Numbered from the stretch's first letter, positions 50,113 through 63,530 are shown. The stretch: 64,000 bases of DNA from Chiloscyllium plagiosum (GCF_004010195.1 NC_057749.1:20970373-21034372); one strand, 5' to 3'. Notes: generated by a model not told the origin, from the sequence alone. Made by a program: numbers and translations.

Positions 50113-50749
50113 TCATCTACCTCTGGGGTACCTGGCTACCTAGCAGGGTCCTTTGGGTGCCATCATCACCCATCCCACCTGAAATGTTGACCTCTCCACC
50201 TCCTGCTGCTGCCTGGCTTGTTGTGTTCTTCCAGCCTCCTATCTGTCTACTTTACACTCCCTTGTAAGTCACTATAATCCATTTGGTTGGAGGTGGTGGT
50301 GGTGGTGGTGGGGAGGAGACAGTTTTCAATTCGCTGTTAGACAAAGACTGAAAACACGGCGGCAATAATTAAAAATGTGATAGTGTCCACTGGACAGTGC
50401 GGGCCTTGTGCGGTGGATGGTGTTCCCTGCTCTTGCGGCCCTGATCTCTCAAGGTGGTGAGTGCCTTGGTTTTGAGATGCACTGAGAAAGAAGCTTTGGT
50501 GTGGGACGGCTGTAATGCAGCCTTCAGATGTTCGACACTGCAGCCACGTGGTGCCAGGGTCCCATCTGTAACATTCAGATGCTGCCTCAGCAGGCTGCTT
50601 TCTCCTCCGTGTTGAACTCCTCATGTATCAGTGCAGCTACATTCACCCAGGCAAGTGGGGAACATTTCCATCCAGCACAGGTAGTGAGGTGGTTTTGGAG
50701 AGTCAGGAGGTAATTCACTCATCAGCCAGTACTCAGCCTATTCACTCAG

Positions 50750-51500
50750 GGGCTGTGGGCATCACTGGTTGGGTCCAGCATTACTTGCCTGTCCCCAGTT
50801 GCCCCTTGAGGTGGTGGGAGTGAGCTGCCTTCTTGTACCACTGCAGTCTATTTGCTGTCGATTGACCCACAATATCCTTATAGAGGGAATTCCAGGATTT
50901 TGTTCCAGCAACTGTGAAGGAATGGCGATATATTTCCAGGTCAGGATGATGAGTGGCTTGGAGGGAATCTTGTAGGGGGTGGGGTCCCCATGTATCTGCC
51001 CTTGTCCTTGCTGATGGAAATGGTCAAGGATTTGGAAGCTCTGGTGCATTTCTGCAGTCCACTTTGTAGGGGGTACACCCTGCCGCTACTGAGCTTCGGT
51101 AGTAGAGTGACTGAATGTTTGCGGATGTGGTGCCAATCAAGCGGGCTGCTTTGTCCTGGATAATGTCAAGCCTCCCGAGTGTTGTTGGAGCTGCACCCAT
51201 CCAGGCAAATGGGGAGTATTCCTTCACATTGCTGATGTCTGCCTTGAGGAGGTTTTGAGGAGTAAGGAAGTGGGTTACTTGCTGCAGTATTCCTAGCCTT
51301 CAGCCTGTTCATGTAGTCACAGTATTTAAATGATGAGTCCAGTTGAGTTTCTAGTAAATGCTAACGCCCCCAGGTTGATGTTGATACTGGGTGATACAGG
51401 GAGGCTAATGCCACTCACTAGCAACAGGCCATGGTTAGATTCTCTTTTATCATAGATAGTCATTGTCTGACATTTGCGTGGTGTGAATGTTCCTTACAGC
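50750..51500 (-). mobile_element. Second CR1-clade lineage 3' portion
   Basis: EYSPFAWMGAAPTTL.RLDIIQDKAARLIG. Confidence 0.85.
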
Positions 51501-52751
51501 CATAAAAACTAAGTGGTTTGTTCAAGTGGATTTCTCCTCAATGGTAACTCCAGGATGTCGACAGGAGACTGGGGGTCTTTGCAGTTTGGGGCGTGGCTAG
51601 CATGGAGGTAACAAGGCAATACCTAACCAGGTATTCCTGGTAGACGTGATATAATTAAGAAATGTATAATTGGAATCATGTAACATATTTCACAGAGAAA
51701 TGTTTCAAAATGGCTCTTGTATGGCTGTCCTCTAAGATGGCGTCTCTCTGTCTGCCTCATTCTGAGGGCTGAGCATGTTGGGGTGTACAATTAGATCCAA
51801 AGCTCAAAATCTGTTGAACTGTTGGATTCAATCTGAGCATCAGAATTCTAAATGCAAATATAAGCTGTTTATTCAAGTCAGCAAATTCCAAGGGGCAGGC
51901 ATGCTGCACTGAGGATATAACGGGGAAGACCCCCAGAAGAGAAGGGGAATTCTCCTGGTGTTCTGGCCAACATCAATGAGCACCACCAAGTTAGAGACTG
52001 CTTATATGAACAAGTTCTGCTGCATTTACTTTCAAAATAATTGCAAAAGCACTCCAAAAGTGATGAGCTTGGGAGCTTGGGAGCTTGGAAGGTGATGATG
52101 TCATGACAATGTCACTAGACTAATAATCTTGAACCACCACCTAATGTACCTCGGACATGGGCCTGAACCCCAACGTGGCTGGCTGTGAAATTTGAATCCA
52201 ATAAAAACCTGGAATAAAAAGTTTGTCCAATGGTCACCATGTGCTCAAAACCCACTAATGTTCCTTCGGGCAGCCAAAACTGTCATCCTTACCGGGTCTG
52301 GCCTATATGTGACTCCAGACCCACAGCAATGTGGATGACTCTTAACTGCCCTCTGGGGTAATTAGGGGCTGGCAATAAATGCTGGTCCATATCCCATATA
52401 CGGGCAAAAAGAAAATAGAGAAATGAAAGGCTTGTTAATGGGACGGCATGACTGGACACCGCTAGTGGTGTGGATGTTCTATGAGTGTTGCGATGTGCAC
52501 AGTACTACAGAAGTGTCTCTGATGTGTAGTCTGGCTTTGTGTACTCTGTACTACTCGTTACCAGTCTGTCTCCCGAGACTCCAGCACAAACAGCTCGGCT
52601 GATTCAGTCCCGTACTGACCGGGTGCTGCACTGTCACAGGTGCCAGCTTTGGGAAGGGACATCAAAACACGGCAGAACACCCTTTGATTGATTCTGAAAC
52701 AGATCAGGAGCAGTAACACTAATGTCCTGGACAATGTTTATCCCTCAATTA

Positions 52752-53055
52752 AGATTAGATTATATTACAATGTGGAAACAGGCCCTTCGGCCCAACAAGT
52801 CCACACCGACCCGCCGAAGCGCAACCCACCCATACCCCTACATTTACCCCTTACATAACACTACGGGCAATTTAGCATGGCCAATTCACCTGACCCTGCA
52901 CATCTTTGGACTGTGGGAGGAAACCGGAGCACCTGGAGGAAACCCATGCAGAAACGGGGAGAACGTGCAAACTCCACACAGTCAGTCGCCTGAGGCAGGA
53001 ATTGAACCCGGGTCTCTGGCGCTGTGAGGCAACAGTGCTAACCACTGTGCCGCCG
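52752..53055 (-). mobile_element. HE1-type SINE inserted in a Deu-like SINE relic
   Basis: Full HE1 reverse complement. Confidence 0.9.
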
Positions 53056-53624
53056 AATTAACTCACATAAACAGGACCAACTGGTAGTTATTGCACTGCT
53101 GTTTGCAAATTAACTGTTGCATTTCTGATACTATTGTACATTTAAAACTTTGGGATGGCCTGAGGTTGGGAAAGGCAGGAAATAAAACAAGTCTTCCTCA
53201 CTCCACAGGGACAGGCTGAAGGCAGCTTACAACAATAAAGCCAGTGCAATCAACGTGTGAAATAAATCTCCAGGCAGAGGAAAGAAGGTGAAATCAATGG
53301 AGGGCACACATGGTCTCTGAAGGTGGGTGAAGGAGGATGGCCTGAATGATCTCTGTCTTCAGTCATCAGGAGAAGTCTAGAGACTGCAAACTTGCTCCTG
53401 CAGATGACCATGACTCAGAACGTTCAGGGACTGCACACAGCACTGCAGGAAGCTCAGAGCTCCAAAACAAACAAACCTGACCTGCACACCAGGAGACAGC
53501 ATTGACCTAGAGATCAGAGATCAAGGGACAGAAGGGATCATGACATTAAGCGTCAAAAGACAATCACGATAAAGAAATCCTGTATTTCTGCCACTATCTT
53601 AGCAACGTTCTGATCGAGCAAGAC

Positions 53625-53935
53625 AAGAGATTGATAGCGAGAGGGCATAGGTTTAAGGTGAGAGGGGAAAAATCCAAGGGACCCAAGGGGCAATTTTTGC
53701 ACGCAGAGGATGGTGCATGTATGGAATGAGCTGCCAGAGGAAGTGGTGGAGGCTGGTACAATTGCAACATTTAAAAGACATCTGGATGGGTACATGAATA
53801 GGAAGGGTTTAGTGGGATATGGGCCAAGTGCTGGCAAATGAGACTGGGTTTATTTAGGATGTCTCGTCATCATGGATGAGTTGGACCGAAGGGTTTATTT
53901 CCATGCTGTACAGCTCTATGTGTCTTATGACTCTA
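53625..53935 (+). mobile_element. CR1 3' end
   Basis: RGHRFKVRG..VWNELPEEVVEAGTIATFKRHLDGYM. Confidence 0.88.
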
Positions 53936-54214
53936 ATTGCATTAATCTTGAAACTATCTAGCTCGCTATTATTAGAGAGAGAAGGAAGATGATTATTTCT
54001 GCACCCATGAAAATAATGCTCAGTAAAATGAGCTTTGTTTAACTGGAGGTTACCTTGGAGCAGGGGGTATATCTGAGCAGTGTCAGGTCACTGACTGATT
54101 GGGAATGACAGGGCTATGATTACTGGATGAGGGTTACACAAGAGCAGTGAGAGCATCCCAGGAATTTAAGGTGTGGTCTAAACGACAAGTTGGAATCACT
54201 CACTGAATCCTTAC

Positions 54215-54296
54215 TGTGGAAACTCGTGCACCACAGATTCGCCAGACCCCCAAAATTCCCAGCAGATCCCCCTCTCTTTGACTCGGTTGTCGCCAT
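54215..54296 (-). CDS. Putative first coding exon (MATTESKRGGSAGNFGGLANLWCTSFH)
   Basis: ATGG with an upstream in-frame stop; donor ACA|gtaagg (phase 1) matches exon 49464; alternative donor gtgagt at 54203. Confidence 0.4.
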
Positions 54297-54787
54297 AGGT
54301 TACAGCCAGGGATTCCATTCAGATGGCGTGTGCTTCTACTTAAAATCGCCCGGGCCTTTGATTTTGGCCAGGCGTTGAAAAGCTGGGAATGTCTTCCCGT
54401 TTCCCCTGCCTGGCATCAAGCTGTCAGTCCACGGCAGAGGCAGCTGTCAATGGCACAAGGTCAGAGTGATCAGGTTTCTCTTGCTCAGAGAGTGCACTGT
54501 TCATTTCGGGCAAGTGAGGTCACCGCTTACGCAGGTCCAGCCCACAAAGAGGAGTCCGATTACTGGAGGGACTTGCCAAAAATCATAAAATTATTAATCC
54601 TGCAGAAATGTGCCTTTAAAAGTGACCAACCTTTGCTCACATGGTTTTTTTGCTCACTCTGCTCCTCTCACACTTTCTCTTACCCAGAGCCGAAATGATT
54701 CAGAAAGCCACAGTCTCCTACTCCACTCCAGGAACGGGTGCCCAAACCTAAGCTGACCTTTTCAGTGCTGCACTGCCTTCAGGACGA

Positions 54788-55395
54788 AATCACAGAACCC
54801 TATAATGTGGAAGCAGGCCATTCTGCCCATCAGGTCCACACTGACCCCCCCCCCAAGAGCATTCACCACATCTCCCACCCCCCTGCCCCAATCCCTGTTA
54901 CCCTGTATTTCCCATGGTCAATCTACCTGACCTGCACATTTTTGGACTGTGGGAGGAAACTGGAGCACCCGGAAAAAACCCACGCAGACACGGGGAGAAT
55001 GTCTCACAGCGCCAGAGACCTGGGTTCAATTCCCACCACAGGCAACTGTGTGTGTGGAGTTTGCAGTTCTCCCCGTGTCTGCGTGGGTTTCCTCCGGGTG
55101 CTCCGGTTTCCTCCCACAGTCCAAAAATGTGCAGGTTTGGTGAATTGGCCATGCTCAATTGCCCGTAGTGTTAGGTGAAGGGGTAAATGTAGGGGAATGA
55201 GTCTGGGTGGGTTGCTCTTCGGCGGGTCAGTGTGGACTTGTTGGGCCGAAGGGCCTGTTTCCACACTGTAAGTAATCTAATCTAATCTAAAAAAAAGTGT
55301 AAATCCCACACAGAGAGTTACCCGAGGCTGGAATAAAACCTGGGTCCCTGGCGCTGCGAGGCAGTTATGCTAACCACTGAGCCACCATACCGCCC
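54788..55395. mobile_element. Nested HE1 SINEs: a plus copy (about 55003-55290) inside a minus copy
   Basis: The minus HE1 is interrupted after ggggagaatg and resumes at about 55297. Confidence 0.88.
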
Positions 55396-56383
55396 CAAGA
55401 TCTGTGTTGAACTAAGTGTCCTCTCAGGTGGACATCTAAGAGTCCTGGCAACATTATCCCTCAACCTGCATCACGTGAACTGGGTGGGAGCTTGGCTTGC
55501 ACAATGTGACTGCGGCGTTACGTGCGTTAGAGAAGCCACTATGTTTCACAAGTACGACATGGCAAATTGTTTTAGGATGCCCTGAGATTGTGACAGGGGT
55601 AAAATAAATGCAACTCCTCTTTCATCGCACTATACACCTCATTGCCAAATTTGCCACGTCCTCTTGTTCAGTTTGTGGGTAGAATAGAGCACTATGAGCA
55701 AGACTGGCCCTTCTCCTTCCGCAGCGTACATAACCCAGTGATCGGACCAACCTAGCTCCCCAGCTGGGAGGCCAACACTCATTTCTTTCCCTTCAGTCCC
55801 ACAACCAGCTCTTTCCCAATTCTTTCCTGTGGCTGCATAGTGGGATGGGGGGAGCTGTGTGCGTGAGACACAAACAGAAGTTGCTGGAAAAGCTCAGCAG
55901 GTCTGGCAGCATCTGTGGAGAGAAATCAGAGGTGATGTTTTGGATTGAGTGACCCTTCTTCAGAACTGGGCTGTGGTTTATGGGTACACAGACCTTTGGC
56001 TCTACCGCCCACAGAGCTTTCTCCATGTGTAGGCCCAGACTGAGGGGCCCCTTTGGAAAACAGGAAGTGTTACAGCCTAGTTCAGTCATGCCCTCCAGTG
56101 TGGTGCTTTCAGAAAAGATATAAACAGGGAATCTTCTGTCAAAGGTAGGGCTATGGGTGATGAGGAGGTGACTAGATGCAATACTCCTTCTAACTAAATA
56201 GCATTGTGTCCAGTGGCAGCACCTAAGTCAGCTAGCTGAGCCAAGATCGGGGAACACACTTGGACCTTACTCCATCTGTGCGGTTCAATACATCAATACC
56301 ATTACCTCATTCCACTAGCAGCTCCCTCACAGCATTATCTGCTGGACCACTTTCAATCATCAAAGGTGGGGGTTGAGAGAGGA

Positions 56384-57411
56384 ATAGAACATAGAACGTA
56401 GAACAATACAGCGCAGAACAGGCCCTTCGGCCCTCAATGTTGCGCCGACCTGTGAACTATTCTCAGCTCGTCCCCCTACACTATCCCATCATCATCCATG
56501 TGCTTATCTAAGGATTGTTTAAATCTCCCTAATGTGGTTGAGTTAACTACATTGGTGGGCAGGGCATTCCACGCCCTTACCACTCTCTGCGTAAAGAACC
56601 TGTCTCTGACATCTGTCTTAAATCTATCACCCCTCAATTTGTAGCTATGCCCCCTTGTACAAGCTGATGTCATCATCCTAGGAAAAAGACTCTCACTGTC
56701 TACACTATCTAATCCTCTGATCATCTTCTATGTCTCTATCAAATCCCCTCTTAGCCTTCTTCTTTCCAATGAGAACAGACCCAAGTCTCTCAGCCTTTCC
56801 TCATAAGAGCTTCCCTCCAGACCAGGCAACATCCTGATAAATCTCCTCTGCACCTTTTCCAATGCTTCCACATCCTTTCCGAAATATGGCGACCAGAATT
56901 GTACACAATATTCCAAGTGTGGCCGCACCAGCGTTTTGTATAGTTGCAGCATGATATTGCAGCTCCGGAACTCAATCCCTCTACCAATGAAACCTAACAC
57001 ACCGTATGTCTTCTTAACAGCACTATCCACCTGGGTGATAACTTTCAGGGATCTATGTACATGGACTCCAAGATCCCTCTGCACATCCACACTACCAAGA
57101 ATCTTTCCATTGACCCAGTACTCTGCCTTCCTTTTATTCTTCCCAAAGCACATCACCTCACATTTAGCTGCATTGAACTCCATTTGCCACCTCTAAGCCC
57201 AATTCTGCAGTTTATCCAAGTCCCCCATACAACCTGCAACATTCAGCCACACTGTCCACTACTCCAGCAACTTTAGTGTCATCTGCAAATTTACTAATCC
57301 ACCCACCTATGCCTGCGTCTAAGTCATTTATAAAAATGACAAACAGCAGTGGTCCCAAAACAGATCCTTGTGGCACACCACTAGTAACCGGACTCCAGGC
57401 TGAATATTTTC
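56384..57411 (-). mobile_element. CR1 RT C-terminus and 3' end, relatively young
   Basis: [51 protein letters not shown]; (agaacat)n tail. Confidence 0.95.
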
Positions 57412-58460
57412 CAAGAAAATTTCTTCCCGAAGTTCCAAGGCTGGGTTTCAAAATCCTGTTCTTTCCACTTCTCCTAGGAGATCATGTGGTTTTTCCAGGG
57501 TATAGGGAAGGACAGATTGGATCACGTATGTACCATGATACACAGGGTATTGCAAGTGTGTAGGTCGAACTGCCATTGCCTGGAATGCTATGCTAGGAGT
57601 TGCACTCTCTTTAGCCCCATCTGTTCTGCATGGCCATCACACCAGGTCCATTGTAGGATAACCTTCCAGTACAACAAAAGGATGACTGTCAGTCTCAACT
57701 TTTAAATTTGTAGGTGCAACATCCCCATATCCATAAGAAATGCCAAGCAATCTGGAGAGGATAGATTGGGAAAACCTGTTCACCCAGGTGGAAGGATTGA
57801 GAACCAGGGGTTATGGATTGAAGATCATTGGCAAAAGGAGTAACAGAGGTCATGAGGAGTAAGCTCTTCATTCATCGAGTGGTTGGACCTGCCCAAGAGC
57901 TCAGTGTAGATAAGGTCAACCCAGACCTTCACAAGGGAATTAGATCATTATCTGAAAAGGACCAAAAGGCAGGGCTACGGAGAGAAGGCGAGGAGTGATG
58001 AGTTGCTCACATAGAGAGCCAGCACAGACACGCTGGGCCAAATGGCCTTTTTCTGTGTCATAACCATTCTGTGATATTATATCTCAGTACCAAACAATGT
58101 TAACAAAATGACCTCTTTCTGTGTCATAACATTCTGCAATTATAGCTCAGTCCCAAATAATGTTAATAAAAGCCGATTGGTTTGGACCTCCTGGTCATTG
58201 AATTCACTGTCCTTCGTCAACCTGCCTCAACTCAGTCTCCATTCTCTGGATGGTTGGGACTGATGGGCTCATCTCCAGCCACTACTATAAAACAAAATGG
58301 AAACTGCTGTGAATGTGTCATGTTAATCTTTCAATTCCAGTTTTTGGATGAAATGCAAGTAATTTAACAGACAGCCCAAAAGCCTCATTATTGGGAAACC
58401 CTGGAACTACTGCACATCAAACCTGCCTTCGGATTCAGAGGAACAGCACAGTCAGAGCAG

Positions 58461-58664
58461 ACTAGCAGGGGGCTGGAGGAACACAGCAAGCCAGGCAGCA
58501 TCAGGAGGTGGAGAGGTCAACATTTCAGGTCAAGCTTATCCTGATGAAGGGTCTCAACCTGAAATGTTGACATCTCCACCTCCTGATGCTGCCTGGCTTG
58601 CTGTGTTCTTCCAGCCCCCTGCTTATCTACTTTAGATTCCAGCATCTGCAGTTTTCTTGTCTTT
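58461..58664. mobile_element. Palindromic PLE pLTR insertion (third family) with hammerhead motif
   Basis: Arms at about 58461-58530 and 58557-58630; CTGATGA at 58541 then ggtctcaacct-GAAA; approximate TSD agcaca..cagagcag. Confidence 0.75.
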
Positions 58665-59579
58665 AGCACACAGAGCAGCTGACCCCTGAGATTTGAAAAT
58701 GAGTGTTCACTCTTTGGAAATATAACGAATGGACTCTGAAATCAGCTCAGGTGCCATACACTCCCACTGGCACATTCCACTTGTATGGATCACAGAATCA
58801 TTCAGATGGTTCTTCTATAACATGATGGTAGTGTTCTTATGCAACCCCGTAAATGTACAAAAATTGCCCTTCAGAAACAGCACTTAAAGCATTGGTGATG
58901 TAATTGTGTTACAGCCAACACACATTAAAAGTTTGCGGTTTAGATAGTGGCCCCAATTCGGTAATCGCTTTACAGTGAATTCACATTAACAAAACACACC
59001 TTAAAGCATAATGATCAGTAGGATCCCTACAGTGCAGATAGAGGCCAATCGGCCCATCGGGTCTGCACTAATCCTTCAAATCTCTCTGCTTCCTCTTTTC
59101 CAAACATTAATCACTGCTGTCCTGGATCCCAGACTATGAATTTGACACTCACTTAGCTTAGTGTTCAGCAACTCCCCAAGATTGCGCCCACAGCACCACT
59201 CCTCCTCAAGACGTCCTTTAACAGGGAGAAGTGCTGAAATTGTCAAGGAACACCACAACCGCCAAGTCACAAGCCACCTTGACTTGGACTTGCTTCCCCA
59301 TTCCTTCACTGCTGTAGGATAAAAATCCCAGACCTCAGTACACAACACTGTCGGACTGTCGTCACCACAGTGATGGCCCACGCCAAGCACCTTCTCCAGG
59401 GAACTGGATTTGAGCAATAAGTGTGGCATTTGTCAACACAGCTAATCCCAGAGAATCTTAAAACAAAAAGCCAATCCTTTCGATATTCAGTCTGACAAAG
59501 CCAGGGATAGAATGTGTTCATTGAACATCTCAGTCATGCCTTTGCATCTAGGTATTCTGTGAAATCAAACCAACCTCCT

Positions 59580-61700
59580 CCTTTTACCACCTTCTTACTG
59601 ATCAGGTGGCCATACAGGACACTGGGATCTCACCCTGTGTTGGCTACTTGCCTTTTCTCATAATTCCTCTTTGCTTCTTAGCTGTTTTGCACCTCTCCTC
59701 TGAACCTTCTGCATTCCTCTTGATTCGTGATTTCATTTTCTGCCTGACACTTATCAAAAGTATATTTTTCTATCTTTATCTTAATTTCTACATCCTTTGC
59801 CATCCAGGCAGGCTCTGGATTGACTTTTTCTACCTTTCCCATTTGAGGGAATGTACTTCGACTGTTCCCAAACCATCTCCCCTTTGTAGGTAGCTCATTG
59901 TTTAGTCATTGGTTTTCCTTCTAACCTCATTCCAGACAATCCTTCCCAGCTCGGATCTTGCCCTATTAAAGTCTGCTCTCCGTCAACTGATGTTTCTCAC
60001 TCTGAAATGTTGCATGTCATTTGCCCGAAACGTTGATTTTCCTGCTCCTTGGATGCTGCCTGACCTGCTGTGCTTTTCCAGCACCGCTCTAATCTTGATT
60101 CTCCACCATTATCCTAAATCCTATGATACATGGAGAACAGTTAGGAAACAGTAATCTGACTGACTCTTGGTCCACTTGGCCCACCTTATTTCCAAGAAGC
60201 TGGCCCAACAATGCATCCTTCCTTGTTGGAATGGGAACATACTAGTAACAGGAAACTCTCTTGGCCCTCACTGCCCATTCACTACAACTCTCCCATTGTA
60301 ACGACTCCATAATGTTGACACTCTCTCTGTAACTTCCCTGCTGGTTTGTTCTTCTACCTCCTTCCCACTGATTGCAGATCTATAGACTACATCCCGCAAT
60401 ATAATTGTACTCTGTTTATTCCTTAGTTCCAGCTTAATGGACTCTGTGCGGAGACCCTCTGTGACATCTCTTTCTCCAGCACTGCGATGTACTCCAATAC
60501 TGTTACCCTTCCTTTTCTAATTTTTCTCAATACCTTGTGCCCAGGAACATTTAACACCCAGTCCCAACCTTCCTTGAGCCAGGTCTCTGTTATCACCATA
60601 ACATCAAGGTTCCACGTGGCGATCTGTGCCGATGACTCTCTGACTTTATTTACTATACTCCGCGTGTTCTCATATACGCACAGTAACCCTGCTGCAGACT
60701 TCATTTATTCCCTTCCTTCCTCTGACTTCACTTACTAACCAGCTGCAGTCTGTGCTAATGTCAGTGATCAATTACTATCGACTGCCCATCTAGCAAAGTT
60801 GGTGGCACACCTTGTGGATTCGTAGGTTCTTGCGTGGCCTGATGAGCCCATACTCCTTTTGGTCATTGCCTTGCGCGGGACATACTTTAACGTACATTGT
60901 TTGTCGGCAGATACACAGTCCTTGACAGATCCAGTTCCAGTGGCAAGGGGATCTTCACAACTGTGAAGGTCACCCTCCTGCTGCAGCCTCATCCGTTAAC
61001 ATCAAATACCTTTGGCCTTAATCACTATTGAGGCCTTGTTTTGAATTGCGCCGTGATTTGTTCCTCCCCTCTGACCTTGGCTGGCCCTGCCAGGAGCAGA
61101 GAATTCCTGACGACATTGCTCTTGGGATCAAAGGAACACCCAAGCCCCCCCCACTGCAGCGAGATGACAATCCACGGAGATATCTACACTCGTTGAGCCA
61201 GTTGCATCTGGAAGTATTCTGCAAAGTCTAGACTCGGCCTAGTTCTCTCTCGGTTCCCACATCCCTGCCAAGGTCCGTCAAAACCCTCCCAATGGCACGT
61301 GCAAAGTGCTCCACATGGAACTCAGTCCCAGCTCTGTTCAGGCTTTCTGCAGACTCTGTCCAGGTGTCCCAGGAATCTAATCCCTCCCTCCTTCAACATC
61401 TCTCCAACCACACATTCATCTGCCTTATCCTCCTATTTCTGCACTCGCTTGCACATGGCACTGGGAGTCATCCAGAAATGACTGTTACCTTTCTAGCTTG
61501 CTCCTGTTTGCAGGACCAGATTCCCCTGCCTACCCCAAGTCACTCACACCAACATGGACCTCCAATTATTCACCCCTCCCCCTGAAGAATGCCCTGCAGC
61601 CACCCTGTGACACCCTGGACTCAGGGAGACAACAGACCATCCCGGACTCCCATCTGCTGCCGTAGAAACGCCAGTCTGCTCCCTGAGCTAACGAATCCCA
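59580..61700 (-). mobile_element. Decayed CR1 5' half (ORF1 esterase relic and endonuclease), with inserts
   Basis: NTRSIVNK..ITETWLKEGWDWVLNVPG; ORF1-like remnants at 61270-61700. Confidence 0.7.
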
Positions 61701-61757
61701 CAATTTCTTTCTTCTTCTTTCTCTATTCGACAGCCCGAAACATGCTGCCCAAAAGTG

Positions 61758-62050
61758 GTGGGCGGCACGGTGGTTAGCACTGCTGCCTCAAAGCGCCAGA
61801 GACCCGGGTTCAATTCCCGCCTCAGGTGACTGACTGTGTGGAGTTTGCACATTCTCCCCGTGTCTGCGTGGGTTTCCTCCGGGTGCTCCAGTTTCCTCCC
61901 ACAGTCCAAAGATGTGCAGGTCAGGTGAATTGGCCATGCTAAATTGCCCATAGTGTTAGGTGCAGGGGTATGAATGGGTTGCGCTTCGGCGGGGCGGTGT
62001 GGACTTGTTGGGCCGAAGGGCCTGTTTCCACACTGTAATGTAATCTAAAA
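61758..62050 (+). mobile_element. HE1-type SINE
   Basis: Head, V-domain, tail. Confidence 0.92.
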
Positions 62051-62919
62051 AAATCTAATTACATGTAATCTAAAAGTGTGGCAGGAACAGTACTTCCAAA
62101 ATAAAGAAAACATTGCTGGAAAAGCTCAGCAAGTCAAAGCAACATCTTTGGAGAGAAATCAGAGTTATCATTTCAGGTCCAGTGACCCTTCTTCAGAAGT
62201 TCCAAAAACAATGAACTGGACATATAAAATAGAGACAAAAAAAATCTTAAATGTCAACTCAAATCATTTCAGTAGCACTTGTTGTGCTGTCATTAATCAG
62301 CAGGAGGAGATAACGTTCCAGAGAACAATTGATTGAATTTCAATATGATTTAGCAGCTACCCAGTTGGCTAACGCTACATTCTCATTAGAAGGTTGAGTT
62401 TTACCGGTTCACAGAGCTGATATCCTCAACGCAAACCCATACAGTTTTCTAGATAGCGGAGACCGCGATTTATATTCAAAATGCCTTTTATGCACGGGTA
62501 CTGCCAGTACTGTATTGCAGTCACTGCTGGAGTTTCAGACTATTTTTCGGAGTCAGCACTCTGTACAATGCAGAAGGAGTGCTGTATGCTGACCAAAGGC
62601 TTCTTTAAGAAAGGCCCCATGGCATACTTTCAAAGAACTGCTCTCCCCCAGCTAATATCTATCTCTCAATCAACACCATTTAAATATCACAATCTGAATG
62701 TCCGTCAGATCTTGGTGTGGGCAAAAACAGTGGTGGCCATTTCCTACATTACATTAACAAAGGTACTTTGAAAGGAACATTCAACTATAAAGTCCTTTGG
62801 GATGCCCCTGAGGTTGTGAGAGGATTTTTTTCAAACGACTTGCTGGATAACAAGCTCCAATCGGTTTAGTTGTCGCTAACCAGTTGTTTTTGGTTTTCTT
62901 TAATCTTGGCATGTACAAT

Positions 62920-63135
62920 GTTGAAAATGTGTTGCTGGAAAAGCGCAGCAGGTCAGGCAGCATCCAAGGAGCAGGAGAATCGACGTTTCAGGCATGAGCC
63001 CTTCTTCAGGAATGAAGAAAGTGTGCCCAGCAGGCTAAGATAAAAGGTAGAGAGGAGGGACTTGGGGGAGGGGCGTTGGAAATGCGATAGGTGGAAGGAG
63101 GTCAAGGTGAGGGTGATAGGCCAGAGTGGGGGTAC
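62920..63135 (-). mobile_element. PLE 3' end and pLTR with intact hammerhead core (62978-63013)
   Basis: Reverse complement attc-CTGAAGA-a-GGGC-tcat-GCCT-GAAA-CGTC-gatt, preceded by a C-rich PLE tract. Confidence 0.8.
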
Positions 63136-63326
63136 AATGTTGTCAAGGTAACGATGAGGCTTTGACACTGGTTAGGGAGAAGGTGTCACAGTATCTCCAG
63201 GTGAGGGCAGATCCACAAACAAGTTCAAAGGTTGCTCTCCAGGATGCCCCTGTTCCACCAACACTTCCATGAAAATAGCTCCTCTGGAGGGTGCTGTGCG
63301 TTGGGAGGCATAGTGGTAATGCCACC

Positions 63327-63530
63327 AGGCCAGAATCCAGAGACCCAGGCCAGAACCCAGGGACCCTGGCCAGAACCCAGGGACCCTGGCCAGAACCCAG
63401 AGACCCAGGCCAGAACCCAGAGACCCAGGCCAGAACCCAGAGACCCAGGCCAGAACCCAGAGACCCAGGCCAGAACCCAGGGACCCTGGCCAGAACCCAG
63501 GGACCCTGGCCAGAACCCAGAGACCCAGGC
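63327..63530. repeat. 20-bp minisatellite (ggccagaacccagagaccca / ggccagaacccagggaccct), about 10 units
   Basis: Tandem units with two alternating variants, expanded inside a SINE head. Confidence 0.95.

Noticed and set aside
51623..51847. Exon-like minus-strand segment (tag acceptor, TAG|gtattg donor)
   Set aside because: Stops in all frames; it could be a non-coding or alternative exon but is not supportable as CDS.
54738..55264. Recurrent ORFs such as LDCGRKPEHPEETHADTGR
   Set aside because: Spurious translations of SINE sequence.
58047..58170. ~66-bp tandem duplication (similar short ones at 41281-41354 and 27525-27562)
   Set aside because: Ordinary local slippage duplications at repeat ends.
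60839..60870. CTGATGA as a hammerhead core
   Set aside because: No stem II or GAAA follows.
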